Of a DNA stretch of 64,000 nt, positions 16,401 to 25,921 are shown one piece after another (position 1 is the stretch's first letter; each line of letters starts with the position of its first letter). The position numbers and the translations under genes are program-made. Source of the DNA: Candidatus Falkowbacteria bacterium (GTDB lineage Bacteria; Patescibacteriota; Patescibacteriia; UBA11705). Under the pieces are notes generated by a model, which was not told the DNA's origin, searched no databases, and saw nothing but the letters and a program-made list of their open reading frames with translations. The stretch is taken from positions 1,319 through 65,318 of the forward strand of contig DOZJ01000005.1 in the NCBI GenBank assembly GCA_003518055.1, in the 5' to 3' direction.

Positions 16401-19400
16401 AGGCTCGGAAATGGAGAATTAACCTGAGGATAAGCGCGGCAATCAGCTGTCGGTGAAACCCAGTCATCATCCTCAAAATTATTCACCAACGGCTCAACGC
16501 ACTCACCGCCGGCGCAGAGGTCACCATCGTCACCACAATCCGTGTCCACGACACAGTCAAAAGGCACCCCTCCCGCTTCCGGTCGATATTTATGCACCAA
16601 CCGATAATCCTTGTCATCGGATTCTCTAGCCACATCAAACGAATCATAATACTGAATCGGATACTTGTCCGCCACCGAATAACCGCTGTAATCAAAAGCA
16701 TTCCAGCCTTTATCCCGAGACTGATATCCTGACCGCATGATATTATTATTAGCCAACAACGACTCGCTCGTTCCGCTGACAAAGTTGCTGCACTCGCCGG
16801 CCGTCTCACCCTCACCGACCTGGTCACAGAGCCCTAAATCCTGACAAACAAACACCTCTCGATTTTGTACCGGATCAAACGTGTACTGACCGCTCTTACA
16901 GTCATACCACTCAGCGCACTCCCGATCTCGATCCACCTTGATTATTCGATTGGTGTTGTTGAACAACGGACTTTTCTTGAGCGTATAACAAGCGACAAAT
17001 TCTTCATCAGCGCAACCATTAGCTCGAGCTGCTTCGTGCTCCGCGGTTAATGGATACCCGTTGGCAATCGTCTTTTCCGTCGCCCAAGCCGCCAGCGCGC
17101 ACATAAACTGCTCATTAAATGACTTACTCGAGACAAAACATTCTTGATTCAAATATGCCTGACATTCCGGATTGACTAAACCGTGGCAGACCGTCGCGTC
17201 ATCATAAAAGAGATCGAGTAATGCCTGAACATTCGGCAGGCCAGCCTGCGGATTCTTCAATTTACCGCCATCATCATTACTGGCTTTATACGTCATCCCG
17301 GCACTGGAACTGACCGAAATATTACCTGATTCATCTTTAATCGATGTATCAAGGAACAACAAACAGCCCTCTTTCTCGCTGACACCGGAGCAGCCTGATA
17401 ATTTTTCATCATTGATATAATAATACGCCTCGCCCACCGCTGATCCGCCTGACACATCCATCGGATCAATAAACGCGGTGCAGCCGCTGGCTTTCGGTTT
17501 GCACTCACCCACCCAGCCGGTAACTTGTTTTATAATTCCATCAGCGTCTCGATAAGGGATAGAATAATCAGGATCGTTTGAATGGATCAAATGTTTAACG
17601 CCGTCATTATAATAATCTTTCGTCGCTCGAATACCGCCAAAAAACATCCCTTCTCTTTCAATTGTCACTCCACATGGTTGATCGGTTCCTGTCTTATACC
17701 AGCCTTCAATTTTTGATCCGTCAGGGTTGCCAACCACCTTGTACTCACAAGTCCGATCGCCGGGATCTTTGAAATAATACGTCTGGCCGCCCTCATCCTC
17801 ATAAGATTGACATCGGCTGTCACCACCGCGGCAGAGGAATTTATCCAGCTGATTCGGATCAATCACATAATAAGCAGTATCCCATTCTGGATCGCCGTTC
17901 ACGCTGGCCACATTATAATTTTGATCCAACTTTGGCCGGCCAAGCATCATACAGCCAAGCGTATTTTCCTGACACGTCTTTTTTTCATCAAACACTACAA
18001 ACATCACATTATCCGCCGGTATCGTATATTGATCTCCATTTTTATAACACTTTCCCTCTTGATAAACATGCCCCAAAGCTTGACAGTATCCCTTGGTCGC
18101 CACATCATATTGGCACTGTTTTAACATCGTATCGTCAACATAATGAAATGGAAGATCCAAGTTATCCAATCCTGACCAAGTCCCCAAATCAATGCCAAAC
18201 GTATTGGCCAAGGCCACCAAGCGGACCCTTCCTAAAAATGTTAAATTTGTTTTATCAAAAGTATTAAGAAAATCTTGAAAATTAGTAGACGAAGTTAAAT
18301 TCCCCGATAAATCATAAAACCGAATAGCCAAATCATCAGCGCACGAGTCATATTCAGTTTGAGTGATACCGCTTGACGCCGCACATACCCCCAACGGACA
18401 TAATGCCGGCGCTAAATTCTGTTGACATTGATCGTCCGGGTCCAAAATTTCAGCCCCCACCGCCTCAGCGCACACATCAATTTCCGTCGCGTTAAACGCC
18501 AGCTCAAAAGGCGTTGTCGAATTTTGGGTGTCAATCACCGCTTCACAACCAACCGCCTCAAACCGACATAAACTACGAAATCCTTTCAAGTACTCAAGTG
18601 TTTCAGTACCGGTGGCGTATTCTCGACAACCAATTTGCGCCTGCGGCAGATATTGACCGGCCATCGTCTGGTCGCAAACTGCCGGCGTGCTCCAAGAATT
18701 TTTAATTAAATATTTGACATCATTCAGTCGCTTAATATTAATCGAATCAAAATATACCGTTGCCCCAGAGGTTCGAATAAACAAAGACTGAACTACATTT
18801 TCCAAACGCATTAAATCAGAAGTATAATGATAAAACTCAACCCCTCCCGCCGCCGCTTGATTGATATTCACATTTGATGTTGAATGCGTAAAACCTTCTT
18901 GACCGAATATTAATTCAACCGAGGCTGTTGCTTGATCTGCTTTGGCCCAAAAATCAATAATAAATTCTTCGTCGGCCGCCAAACTATTTGGCAAATCCAA
19001 AGTTACTCCATTATTTGCACCCTGATTAACTTGCAATGATTTCCCACCATTTATCATCGAGGCGGTGGAAAAAGTCACAGCACCATTAGCCGTCCAATTA
19101 TACGTTTCACCATCAAACGAATCGGAGAATATCACCTCTTGGTCATTGGCATTGTCACCACGGAATTCACGGCAGCCAGACGCATCATCGGAACATTTTC
19201 GACTCAAATCCGGCTCCACCATAAACACACACTCGCCGGCTACAACCGCGCCGCCCCGATCAGTGCACTGCGTGGCGGCCGTAGCGCCCTCATATTTAAT
19301 AGTCTTACGGTATGGAAAACAATTATCAGAGCACAAAACCAAATTATCCATTATTTCATAGAATACCGAACCGCCCTCACTGATAAATTCACGGCATTCA

Positions 19401-22400
19401 GGGGACGTCACAGGATTATAATTAGCCGCATTGCAAACCGTTTGATTCTGAGCCATATTAGTCACCTTTGGTGATCCTCCATTCATCTGGAACCGATAAA
19501 CTTGCAATTGATATCCGGATGTATCGTCACCAATCCAAGTAACATATGAACCGCAACTGCTGTCGTTAGCCGGATCAGCGGTTTTGTAGCACATTCGAAT
19601 TGATTTGAAAAATTCTTCCGATTCGCCGCCTCGATCCAGTTCATCCAAATTCGTAAACCCCTCACACCCGGCATCATTGGCTGAACATGACTCAGCTGAA
19701 TCAGCAATAAAATACACCGGATATTCCGCCTCAGCCAGACTGCTCTCCGCCTGCGAAAAAACTTCGTAACCGGCGCATTGAGCCGGACAAACGTCATCAT
19801 AACTGGCCACTCCGGTCACCGCCGGGCCTCCGGCCGTTGGAATATATTCTTGACAACCGACCTCCTCAGCCGAACATTGCGTGGCAAACTTGCCGCAAGC
19901 CGCATTGTCATTTGTCGTATTTATATCAACCGTTTTTATCGGCGTGTACCATTTCGTAAATTGAGTCGCTATCGCCTCGCCGGAAACGCCACTCTCATCA
20001 AAAGAATTTTCAGCGTCATAACACGCGTAATGATCGGGCGCCACCTTGAGATAATCATATGCCACTCGGCCATAATCATAATAATACGGAGCGTCATTCG
20101 GCCCTTCTGATTCGGCAATTAAAATATTATCAACCACTGCTTGTCCGGTCGCTCTAATTTTTACCCCCAGATATCCGACACCGGGCGCCACTCGAACAAT
20201 GACCAGAGTCTCTTTTCGCGTGCCGCTGACATTCTGCTCCTGATAATAAATATAGGAGTCATTCAACATATCCAAACCCGACGTGGTAGCGGTTTTCGTC
20301 ACCTCCACCTCACCACCCACGGACTCGGCGGCAAAATCAAACTTTTTAAATGTCGGCACCACCGCCACATTATCTGTCGCTCTCGTGGTGATCGAATAGG
20401 TGAAATATCTAACATATTTTTTGGGCGCGATCATTATACTGCGGCTGAGCGCCAATTCACCCCCACTCATACGAGCTCCCGGACCGTCAATGCCATCACC
20501 AATCGCCACCTCATGAACCGCTTGACCATTATTCCAGCCGGCAAAAATATCAGCTGTGCCGTCATCCGGATTCCCTGTATAGTATGAAAAACCGCCATTT
20601 GCCACCAAATTGGCTCGATATGAATTATCCATGTGAATAACTCGAGTGCAGCCCTCATCTCCGGCCGCGCAGGTTTCCGACTCAATATTTTGGTTCAAAT
20701 AAACCATTGCTGATCCGGGCTTATAATAACTACTGGGATATTCTTTGCTAAAATCCCGATCCGCGCCGTCAGCCGATACCAGCCAGCTGCTATATCCCAA
20801 ACACCCGACATCATCAGCCGAGCAGGAAGCGTAATCCACCGTATTCAATAAATAATTAAACCGTTTGCCGTCATCTCTCGTCACCGTCGAACAAGAATCA
20901 TAATAACCGGGGCATTGCTCTCCCCCGAATTGCCAGACATTCTTTTCCGCCGCGCAATAAGCATAGTGATCGCAGGAGCCGTCCTCATTTTCATCCACAC
21001 AACTTTTGAGATCTGCGCAGTATTCCTCTCGATCCTCCGCGCCACTCGTGATCAAAAGCGGCCCGTAACCGATCGCATCGCATCTTGTCTTGGGATATTT
21101 GAGAACCCAATTCGGATCAACCAAACCGGTATAATCAAAGTCAGCACTCACACAAGACGGATCTGTGCTATTAAAACAATCCATGAGAAAATTCAAAGTT
21201 ACGCGATCATCACCATTAGGATTTCTCTCGCCGACAATTTTAGCCGCCAACTCCCAGCCAATCGGAATAATCCGCGCTTTGCGTAATTTTATCAAGTTGG
21301 AATAACAATAGGCGTTCTCATAACAATCCGGATTTAAATTCCGATTATCAATGTGACTGATAAATGGCAGATTACCCTTCAAAAACCCCTCGTCAACCGC
21401 CTCACGCACCGACATTGACCGGCCATAGCCGGCGCTCCTGACCGCGTCGGCAAAATCATCAGACATCACGCAATGATTAATTTGTCTCTGAATACTCGAA
21501 TCACAAATTGTAAACTCACTCAATAAATCCACTTCTTTTTCCGAAACTGAAAATCTGACTTCCTGTATTTTGGAAATCGCCCGTTCCGCTCCGGCCACAT
21601 AATCATAAACACCTTGAGCCGGATTGTATGAACTGGACCTTGAGACATACCCTTCGCTGATTCTTTTAAACAATGCCTCCACAAACCGTTGTGACACGAA
21701 TGAATTCAACAAAGTTGTACCAATCGCTTCTGGAATTGATTCAATCGTTGCCAGCGCCTGCGTAATTTCTTCCGACTGCGCCTTCTCGGCTCGTTTTACA
21801 TTTTCTTCCACCACCGTTTTTGTGGTCCCCGGTGGATTCTGAATCGTGTTGCCCAAGACATCAGTTTTCGGCTTAAGCGATCCTTCGCCTTCTCGCCGCT
21901 GTTCTTTTTGCGCCTCAACCTGCTCCTGATGCTCGGTTTCTAGCAAATCATAAGTCCAAATATATGTTCCAACCTGACTCTGCTGCGGTTCAAATCCCTT
22001 GACCACCTGATCAATCGTCAGAAACGATGCTACTTCCGGATTATCAACATATCGATCCTGCAGCTCATCGGCAAAACCTTCCCAATTATCTTTGACCTGA
22101 TTCCAAGAACAGCGCTGATTTTGCGCCCGGCGGTCAAACGGATCCCTCATTTCTCCGGCTTCAATCGACCGGATAATTCGCAATTTCAATTCAACATTTG
22201 GTTCGCAGATATCAAAATATTCCGACCACGGTCCGGACATACTGAGGTCAGCCAAAACATCGGTCAAAACCGCCTCCTCCACTTTATCAACATAAGCGGT
22301 CCAAGTATCAGTTTCCCACACCGGCGTTTGACCAAAGCTGCCGGTTTCCAAATATTCGATTGACCGCTGAGATAAATCCTGAGTTAGACTGATGGCTAAA

Positions 22401-22711
22401 TTCTTGAGCGACAAAGCCGCGCTTTTGACAAAAACTTTATAGATTCTTTCTTCCAGCGTATCCTCAATTTTATCCGTCGTCCGCGCCACCGCGTCTTTTG
22501 ACTGGCCGACAAACTCAGCTGTCGTGTTGCCCGGATCGCTCACCACTGCCTGAGCTGACACCAACCGAGTCCACCCCAAAAACAGACCTATCATCAGCAT
22601 GATAATTCCCAACCATTTAATCTTTTGATATTTGTCACGACTCTGAGTCTGATACATATTTTGTAGATAGTTTATTTCTGTTTTTATGGTGTTTTTTCCA
22701 CGTCTGTCCAA
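13421..22711 (-). CDS. Giant (3096 aa) Cys-rich secreted or membrane-anchored surface protein
   Basis: Uninterrupted 9.3-kb ORF. N-terminal hydrophobic anchor (WLGIIMLMIGLFLGWTRLVSAQA). Very high Cys, Gly, Asp and Asn content throughout. Confidence 0.8.
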   Translation of the reverse strand: MDRRGKNTIKTEINYLQNMYQTQSRDKYQKIKWLGIIMLMIGLFLGWTRLVSAQAVVSDPGNTTAEFVGQSKDAVARTTDKIEDTLEERIYKVFVKSAALSLKNLAISLTQDLSQRSIEYLETGSFGQTPVWETDTWTAYVDKVEEAVLTDVLADLSMSGPWSEYFDICEPNVELKLRIIRSIEAGEMRDPFDRRAQNQRCSWNQVKDNWEGFADELQDRYVDNPEVASFLTIDQVVKGFEPQQSQVGTYIWTYDLLETEHQEQVEAQKEQRREGEGSLKPKTDVLGNTIQNPPGTTKTVVEENVKRAEKAQSEEITQALATIESIPEAIGTTLLNSFVSQRFVEALFKRISEGYVSRSSSYNPAQGVYDYVAGAERAISKIQEVRFSVSEKEVDLLSEFTICDSSIQRQINHCVMSDDFADAVRSAGYGRSMSVREAVDEGFLKGNLPFISHIDNRNLNPDCYENAYCYSNLIKLRKARIIPIGWELAAKIVGERNPNGDDRVTLNFLMDCFNSTDPSCVSADFDYTGLVDPNWVLKYPKTRCDAIGYGPLLITSGAEDREEYCADLKSCVDENEDGSCDHYAYCAAEKNVWQFGGEQCPGYYDSCSTVTRDDGKRFNYLLNTVDYASCSADDVGCLGYSSWLVSADGADRDFSKEYPSSYYKPGSAMVYLNQNIESETCAAGDEGCTRVIHMDNSYRANLVANGGFSYYTGNPDDGTADIFAGWNNGQAVHEVAIGDGIDGPGARMSGGELALSRSIMIAPKKYVRYFTYSITTRATDNVAVVPTFKKFDFAAESVGGEVEVTKTATTSGLDMLNDSYIYYQEQNVSGTRKETLVIVRVAPGVGYLGVKIRATGQAVVDNILIAESEGPNDAPYYYDYGRVAYDYLKVAPDHYACYDAENSFDESGVSGEAIATQFTKWYTPIKTVDINTTNDNAACGKFATQCSAEEVGCQEYIPTAGGPAVTGVASYDDVCPAQCAGYEVFSQAESSLAEAEYPVYFIADSAESCSANDAGCEGFTNLDELDRGGESEEFFKSIRMCYKTADPANDSSCGSYVTWIGDDTSGYQLQVYRFQMNGGSPKVTNMAQNQTVCNAANYNPVTSPECREFISEGGSVFYEIMDNLVLCSDNCFPYRKTIKYEGATAATQCTDRGGAVVAGECVFMVEPDLSRKCSDDASGCREFRGDNANDQEVIFSDSFDGETYNWTANGAVTFSTASMINGGKSLQVNQGANNGVTLDLPNSLAADEEFIIDFWAKADQATASVELIFGQEGFTHSTSNVNINQAAAGGVEFYHYTSDLMRLENVVQSLFIRTSGATVYFDSINIKRLNDVKYLIKNSWSTPAVCDQTMAGQYLPQAQIGCREYATGTETLEYLKGFRSLCRFEAVGCEAVIDTQNSTTPFELAFNATEIDVCAEAVGAEILDPDDQCQQNLAPALCPLGVCAASSGITQTEYDSCADDLAIRFYDLSGNLTSSTNFQDFLNTFDKTNLTFLGRVRLVALANTFGIDLGTWSGLDNLDLPFHYVDDTMLKQCQYDVATKGYCQALGHVYQEGKCYKNGDQYTIPADNVMFVVFDEKKTCQENTLGCMMLGRPKLDQNYNVASVNGDPEWDTAYYVIDPNQLDKFLCRGGDSRCQSYEDEGGQTYYFKDPGDRTCEYKVVGNPDGSKIEGWYKTGTDQPCGVTIEREGMFFGGIRATKDYYNDGVKHLIHSNDPDYSIPYRDADGIIKQVTGWVGECKPKASGCTAFIDPMDVSGGSAVGEAYYYINDEKLSGCSGVSEKEGCLLFLDTSIKDESGNISVSSSAGMTYKASNDDGGKLKNPQAGLPNVQALLDLFYDDATVCHGLVNPECQAYLNQECFVSSKSFNEQFMCALAAWATEKTIANGYPLTAEHEAARANGCADEEFVACYTLKKSPLFNNTNRIIKVDRDRECAEWYDCKSGQYTFDPVQNREVFVCQDLGLCDQVGEGETAGECSNFVSGTSESLLANNNIMRSGYQSRDKGWNAFDYSGYSVADKYPIQYYDSFDVARESDDKDYRLVHKYRPEAGGVPFDCVVDTDCGDDGDLCAGGECVEPLVNNFEDDDWVSPTADCRAYPQVNSPFPSLTKTADAAKGVFENATACTSFYYDKNGVKQTLYNDDEDCACNYKKVTYGNRAVEKYFDISVSSYLDGFCQDDQSKECECSAAGPDGVNIKTATFCSSLDCVVDGSQDMGMCMRKDVDQTQYKGWQGYCMEFDNTVSINGSQSEKACLTWYPLDTMNGLQDMYNQFKDAGYELFTQGGEDVGRLYCINAAGLGNLGVAEPDANTVTYMVTSDEMTFTTGYSGYDEYMEYFREPAADIPVIHESQVAGIAIECTGGQAGDWCESVADWNGESDPGDGFENKNKFVPPALYDTISSFVPESLIIPRQLSSQWQGLATCNGTKCLASGQPLDADYGVSGWTYWQAVWEQTPSTSFNWGPGTEVEKGVSEKNYMFAGKGYFPYAGGTYNILTGTQLTTSQTTGSMSYHPTHGFYVAPANLNPGGFTEKECVTTDDGDHVCQGQGGGVCVPVGNKYYCSNRSCTEDNEQTVCNFNSGWGCQVDGEDADLNGWCVSGAGNAPVGRTLGGYCNQGTDDNYFGIRVVFDENGIYKGVWVGLCDESSNYGYQTLRVHFLLNEYCAEVVSVAENVAGNLDNKARTNRLYHYSLNPDWTGEKLNLLTAPHGAFSIVFNSVNSPMGSAFGSAEDVESHAPILVAAGESNRQGGSPFSDMGGEVNGGTIWGCPNGQCSHVQDGFYGYSTTSATSPITYSKLEDIFAAVYSGWRVDDNYIYDKESRYERDRSADLVSFPPVVAGVVLPAPEKIESDPVTGKPIYLAVPKTVSINGRASDDLVLFGGESTTLMQFFAWADDDQMPIRKVTVDWRDGEGALPAPEGHYKNHKPLCQLKESPIALGLCQTLAGEKIEGYACLSANDCYGNLTCNAIPDPNSVQLRFGDSPTACVEQEFFKYETVLTCEGPTDPNLKGGGNATANLCAGERDSDCWNAAEQACQFVPRVQVKDNWGWCNADPSSTVDGCRGFGNGFAGCYDVGERGFDACSTNSVSGIDPWTYFDGRILLKP

Positions 22712-23496
22712 GCGTCTTCAAACATTTGGCGCAATTCTTCGTCACTTACTTTACTAAGAGTTTCCTCGTCCACTCCATTTTGTCTTAAAATTTGTTTTAA
22801 TTCATCAATCGTATAGCTGGCCGGTGACTCTTTTTCCGGCCCGGTCGTTGTCGGCGCCTGATCCTCCGCCGCCATCTGCTTATACATGGTTACCAACTCA
22901 TCATCGTTAACCGCCGCCAAATCATCAGCCGTAAACAAACCTGAAGCGAGCAAAATACTCCGAATCTCCGCTGCCGTTGGCACTCCGCCAACCGCCGTTG
23001 ATTCGGTTTCCGTTTCATTTTCCGCCGCCGGTTTCTCAATCGCGCACTCCTTGCCTTCCGGACAGTTTGGATCCGTGCCCATGTCAATCTCAGCCTTATC
23101 GGTCAGCGTATCGCTGTCGCTATCAGCCAGATAAGGACTGGTTTTCCATTTATTTAATTCATCATAATCATTCAACCCATCCTGATCAGTGTCTTTTTGT
23201 TTATCTTCAGCTACTCGCTGCTCCTCGGATTTAAACAATTCCTCAACCGACTGTTTATTCTCATCCGAATTATCTTGGTTTGAAATTGGGACCAAGAAAA
23301 ACGATTTGGCGTTAGCCCCCATCACAATCACAATCATAATAAAAAGCAAAACCAAAAGCCCGGCCAGCCCCTTTTGTCTTTTTGACAAATCAGCAAAGCC
23401 TTTCGGCGCGGTCGGCGAATGATGATTACCCAAAAATTCCTCTTGATTATCATCAAAAGAGGACCCGTCAACTGCTTGTGGACGATCTTCCATCAT
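22684..23496 (-). CDS. Membrane-anchored protein with thrombospondin-type-3-like Ca-binding repeats
   Basis: TM helix LAGLLVLLFIMIVIVMGA. Repeats DTDQDGLNDYDE and DSDSDTLTDKAE. Overlaps the start of the giant gene by 28 bp, suggesting translational coupling. Confidence 0.65.
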   Translation of the reverse strand: MMEDRPQAVDGSSFDDNQEEFLGNHHSPTAPKGFADLSKRQKGLAGLLVLLFIMIVIVMGANAKSFFLVPISNQDNSDENKQSVEELFKSEEQRVAEDKQKDTDQDGLNDYDELNKWKTSPYLADSDSDTLTDKAEIDMGTDPNCPEGKECAIEKPAAENETETESTAVGGVPTAAEIRSILLASGLFTADDLAAVNDDELVTMYKQMAAEDQAPTTTGPEKESPASYTIDELKQILRQNGVDEETLSKVSDEELRQMFEDAWTDVEKTP

Positions 23497-23630
23497 GGAG
23501 GTAAATTAGTTCAGATTTATTATACCACAAATTACGCTCCGGCCGAAGATAATTATTCACATATTCTAAATAAAAAAACCGGCCGATTTTAAGCCGTATA
23601 TTAATACCAAAATTCATCAAAAATCACCTC

Positions 23631-23810
23631 TTTCTTTTGCTGCGAGGCGTATGCAATAACGCTGCGGCAGCCTCCACCCGGTTTCAAGATTTAGCTCAAC
23701 GCCGTGGCAGCCCCCACCCGGTTTCTAAACTTAACTAAACGCAGTAACGCCCTGCCTACCGGCAGGCAGGCGCGGCAGCCCCATCAGCTGTCAAACGAAG
23801 CAACCTCCAG
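23631..23810. repeat. Copy A of a roughly 150-bp structured intergenic repeat (internal units GGCAGCCTCCACCCGGTTTCAAGATTTAGCTCAACGC plus a GC hairpin)
   Basis: About 85-90% identical over roughly 80 nt to 39190-39270. Both copies lie immediately 3' of a minus-strand gene stop. Confidence 0.75.
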
Positions 23811-23827
23811 ATGAAAAAAAACAGTAA

Positions 23828-25921
23828 TTAAAGCGTTGTTTGTCCACCTTTATCAAAATTACCCGAGCCCAAAACAACTGTTTGTACTTTCTCTATTTTA
23901 CCTATACTGCCATCAATTTGCACAAAATCACCTAATTTCAAAACGCTTTTCGATAATGAATATCCAACTATAACTGGAATATTTTTTTCACGAGCCACGA
24001 TTGCCAAATGCGATAATAAACCTCCATTTTCTGACACAATCCCAGAAATTTTATCAAAATATTTTGTTAAAGCAGGTGATAATATTTCGGTATACAAAAT
24101 AATCTTTTTATTCTCTGTTTTTCCTGAATCGAGATATGAACGATTTTGTAAAACACCCGTTGCCACACCCGCAGAAACACCAGAGATATCCACCCTCTTT
24201 TGAATAAATGATGAAGTAATTGAGTTTGGCAGACAATATTCATTGTGTTGGGTATAAATATTTTTTCTTTTTTTGCAAACTATTTCATCGATCAGACTGC
24301 CAAGAATTTCATCGATATTTGCAAAATAAATATTCTGTACATCGTTAAACTCTTGAGCTTTTGCATAATTTAATAATAAAGTCCTTATCGCGGTTATGTT
24401 CTTGATAGTTAACCATCGGCCCAATTCTCTTAACCGATTATAAATTATAGCTTCCTTAATTTTGTCTTGGAGTATCTTCTTTTTGAAAGCGGACATCTTT
24501 CCCCACCATTGCGATACCTTGTCGCTTGTTTGGCTTACTATTTTTTCAGTCGCTGAGAAGTTTGACTCATCGGAAATCTCCAAAGAATTACCTTTTAAAT
24601 TCTGCATTAACACTACTGGATAATGACCCCAGTCAACAAACAGACTACTTTCATTAAAAATGTCCGGTAACTTTATCGGTTCTTTTTTAAGGAGGTAATT
24701 TAGTTTTTTTATCGCCAAACCGGATAAAAGGTTTGTTTCAAAAATCAATTTATAATCCGTTAAAAAATTTCTCAACGCTACTTGAAAATCATATTCTTGA
24801 TTGGACGTCTCAATTTTTATTTTTAAATTAAAAAATATTTGCTCATAGCCATTGGTTTGAATTTTATTCAGAAAAAAAAGATTTTTTATCGTTGGGATAA
24901 TTTTTGAATAGCTGCTGAATTTTGGAAAAAACGTTCTATTTTGTAAATAGCTAAAAGCTGGAAGCAAACTTTGAATTTCCCGTTCTTTATCCACAAAAAG
25001 CTCATTTCCTATAATGTGTAAAAATTCCGTATCCTTAAAATTAACGCCGTACTTACTATAAACTTCATTTACCGGTCCATCATGGGAATAAACACGTTTC
25101 AAAAGACAACGGGTGAACTCTGTCGGTCTTGGTGCGATTTCTGAAACTTCTGTTTTTTCAAAAAAATACTTTTCACTGTCCGACAATTGTTTTTCTAAAA
25201 AATTTACTTGCTCATATTGCTGACTGGTGATAGTGGTAATGGGCCTTGTTTGTAACAGATAAAATTGATTATCTTTGATACACCATTCAATATCTTGCGG
25301 AAATTTAGTTTTATTTTCAATATCCTTAAATTTTTCAACTATTTGGTTCATTAAAAATTGTTTGGGTAATTTGACGTCTTTTTCATTCCTGTAAAAATTA
25401 ATTTTTTCTGGTTTTATTTCTCCGCTTACTATTTTTTCTCCTTCGCAAAACCCGTATTCAATCATCATTTCTCTGCTGCCATTTGGATTTCTCGTAAAAG
25501 TAACACCGGAAATATCAGGGACGATATATTCCTGAACAATTATTGAGAATTTATCAAGTTCACCGTGCAGATAATCATTCGCCTGCTTTAAGACCTCGTC
25601 TATTCCTCCAATCAATTCGTCACTGGATAGATTAAGCTTGGTTTTAAATTGTCCTGCAAATGATTTGTTTTTGCTATCTTCAATCAAAGCGCTTGATCTC
25701 ACTGTATATTTTTTACATTGTAAAATACTGATCGCTTCTTTAGCTATTTCTTTTTTCAGAATATCGCTTGAGCTTAATTCACTAAAAACATACGAAGGTA
25801 TTCCGACAAATTTTGGGACATTAAAACCCCAATCTACGAGCTTCTTTAGATTGAGCGTTTTATTGCCTAAGAATTGTTTATTTTGATCAATTTCTTGCAG
25901 TTGAATAATATTATTTGTCAT
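23828..25921 (-). CDS. PEP-utilizing enzyme family protein (PPDK/PEP-synthase-type N-terminal nucleotide-binding domain plus C-terminal phosphohistidine mobile domain)
   Basis: C-terminal GGLLSHLAIVAREKNIPVIVG matches the PEP-utilizers signature. N-terminal RSSALIEDSKNKSFAGQF matches the PPDK_N/PEP-synthase ATP-binding region. Very AT-rich. Confidence 0.65.
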   Translation of the reverse strand: MTNNIIQLQEIDQNKQFLGNKTLNLKKLVDWGFNVPKFVGIPSYVFSELSSSDILKKEIAKEAISILQCKKYTVRSSALIEDSKNKSFAGQFKTKLNLSSDELIGGIDEVLKQANDYLHGELDKFSIIVQEYIVPDISGVTFTRNPNGSREMMIEYGFCEGEKIVSGEIKPEKINFYRNEKDVKLPKQFLMNQIVEKFKDIENKTKFPQDIEWCIKDNQFYLLQTRPITTITSQQYEQVNFLEKQLSDSEKYFFEKTEVSEIAPRPTEFTRCLLKRVYSHDGPVNEVYSKYGVNFKDTEFLHIIGNELFVDKEREIQSLLPAFSYLQNRTFFPKFSSYSKIIPTIKNLFFLNKIQTNGYEQIFFNLKIKIETSNQEYDFQVALRNFLTDYKLIFETNLLSGLAIKKLNYLLKKEPIKLPDIFNESSLFVDWGHYPVVLMQNLKGNSLEISDESNFSATEKIVSQTSDKVSQWWGKMSAFKKKILQDKIKEAIIYNRLRELGRWLTIKNITAIRTLLLNYAKAQEFNDVQNIYFANIDEILGSLIDEIVCKKRKNIYTQHNEYCLPNSITSSFIQKRVDISGVSAGVATGVLQNRSYLDSGKTENKKIILYTEILSPALTKYFDKISGIVSENGGLLSHLAIVAREKNIPVIVGYSLSKSVLKLGDFVQIDGSIGKIEKVQTVVLGSGNFDKGGQTTL

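Noticed and set aside
23631-23810. Considered whether the repeated 38-nt units could be a small CRISPR array
   Set aside because: - Units are directly tandem or separated only by a hairpin, not by unique spacers of constant length.
- There are only 2-3 copies per locus, and no cas genes are nearby.
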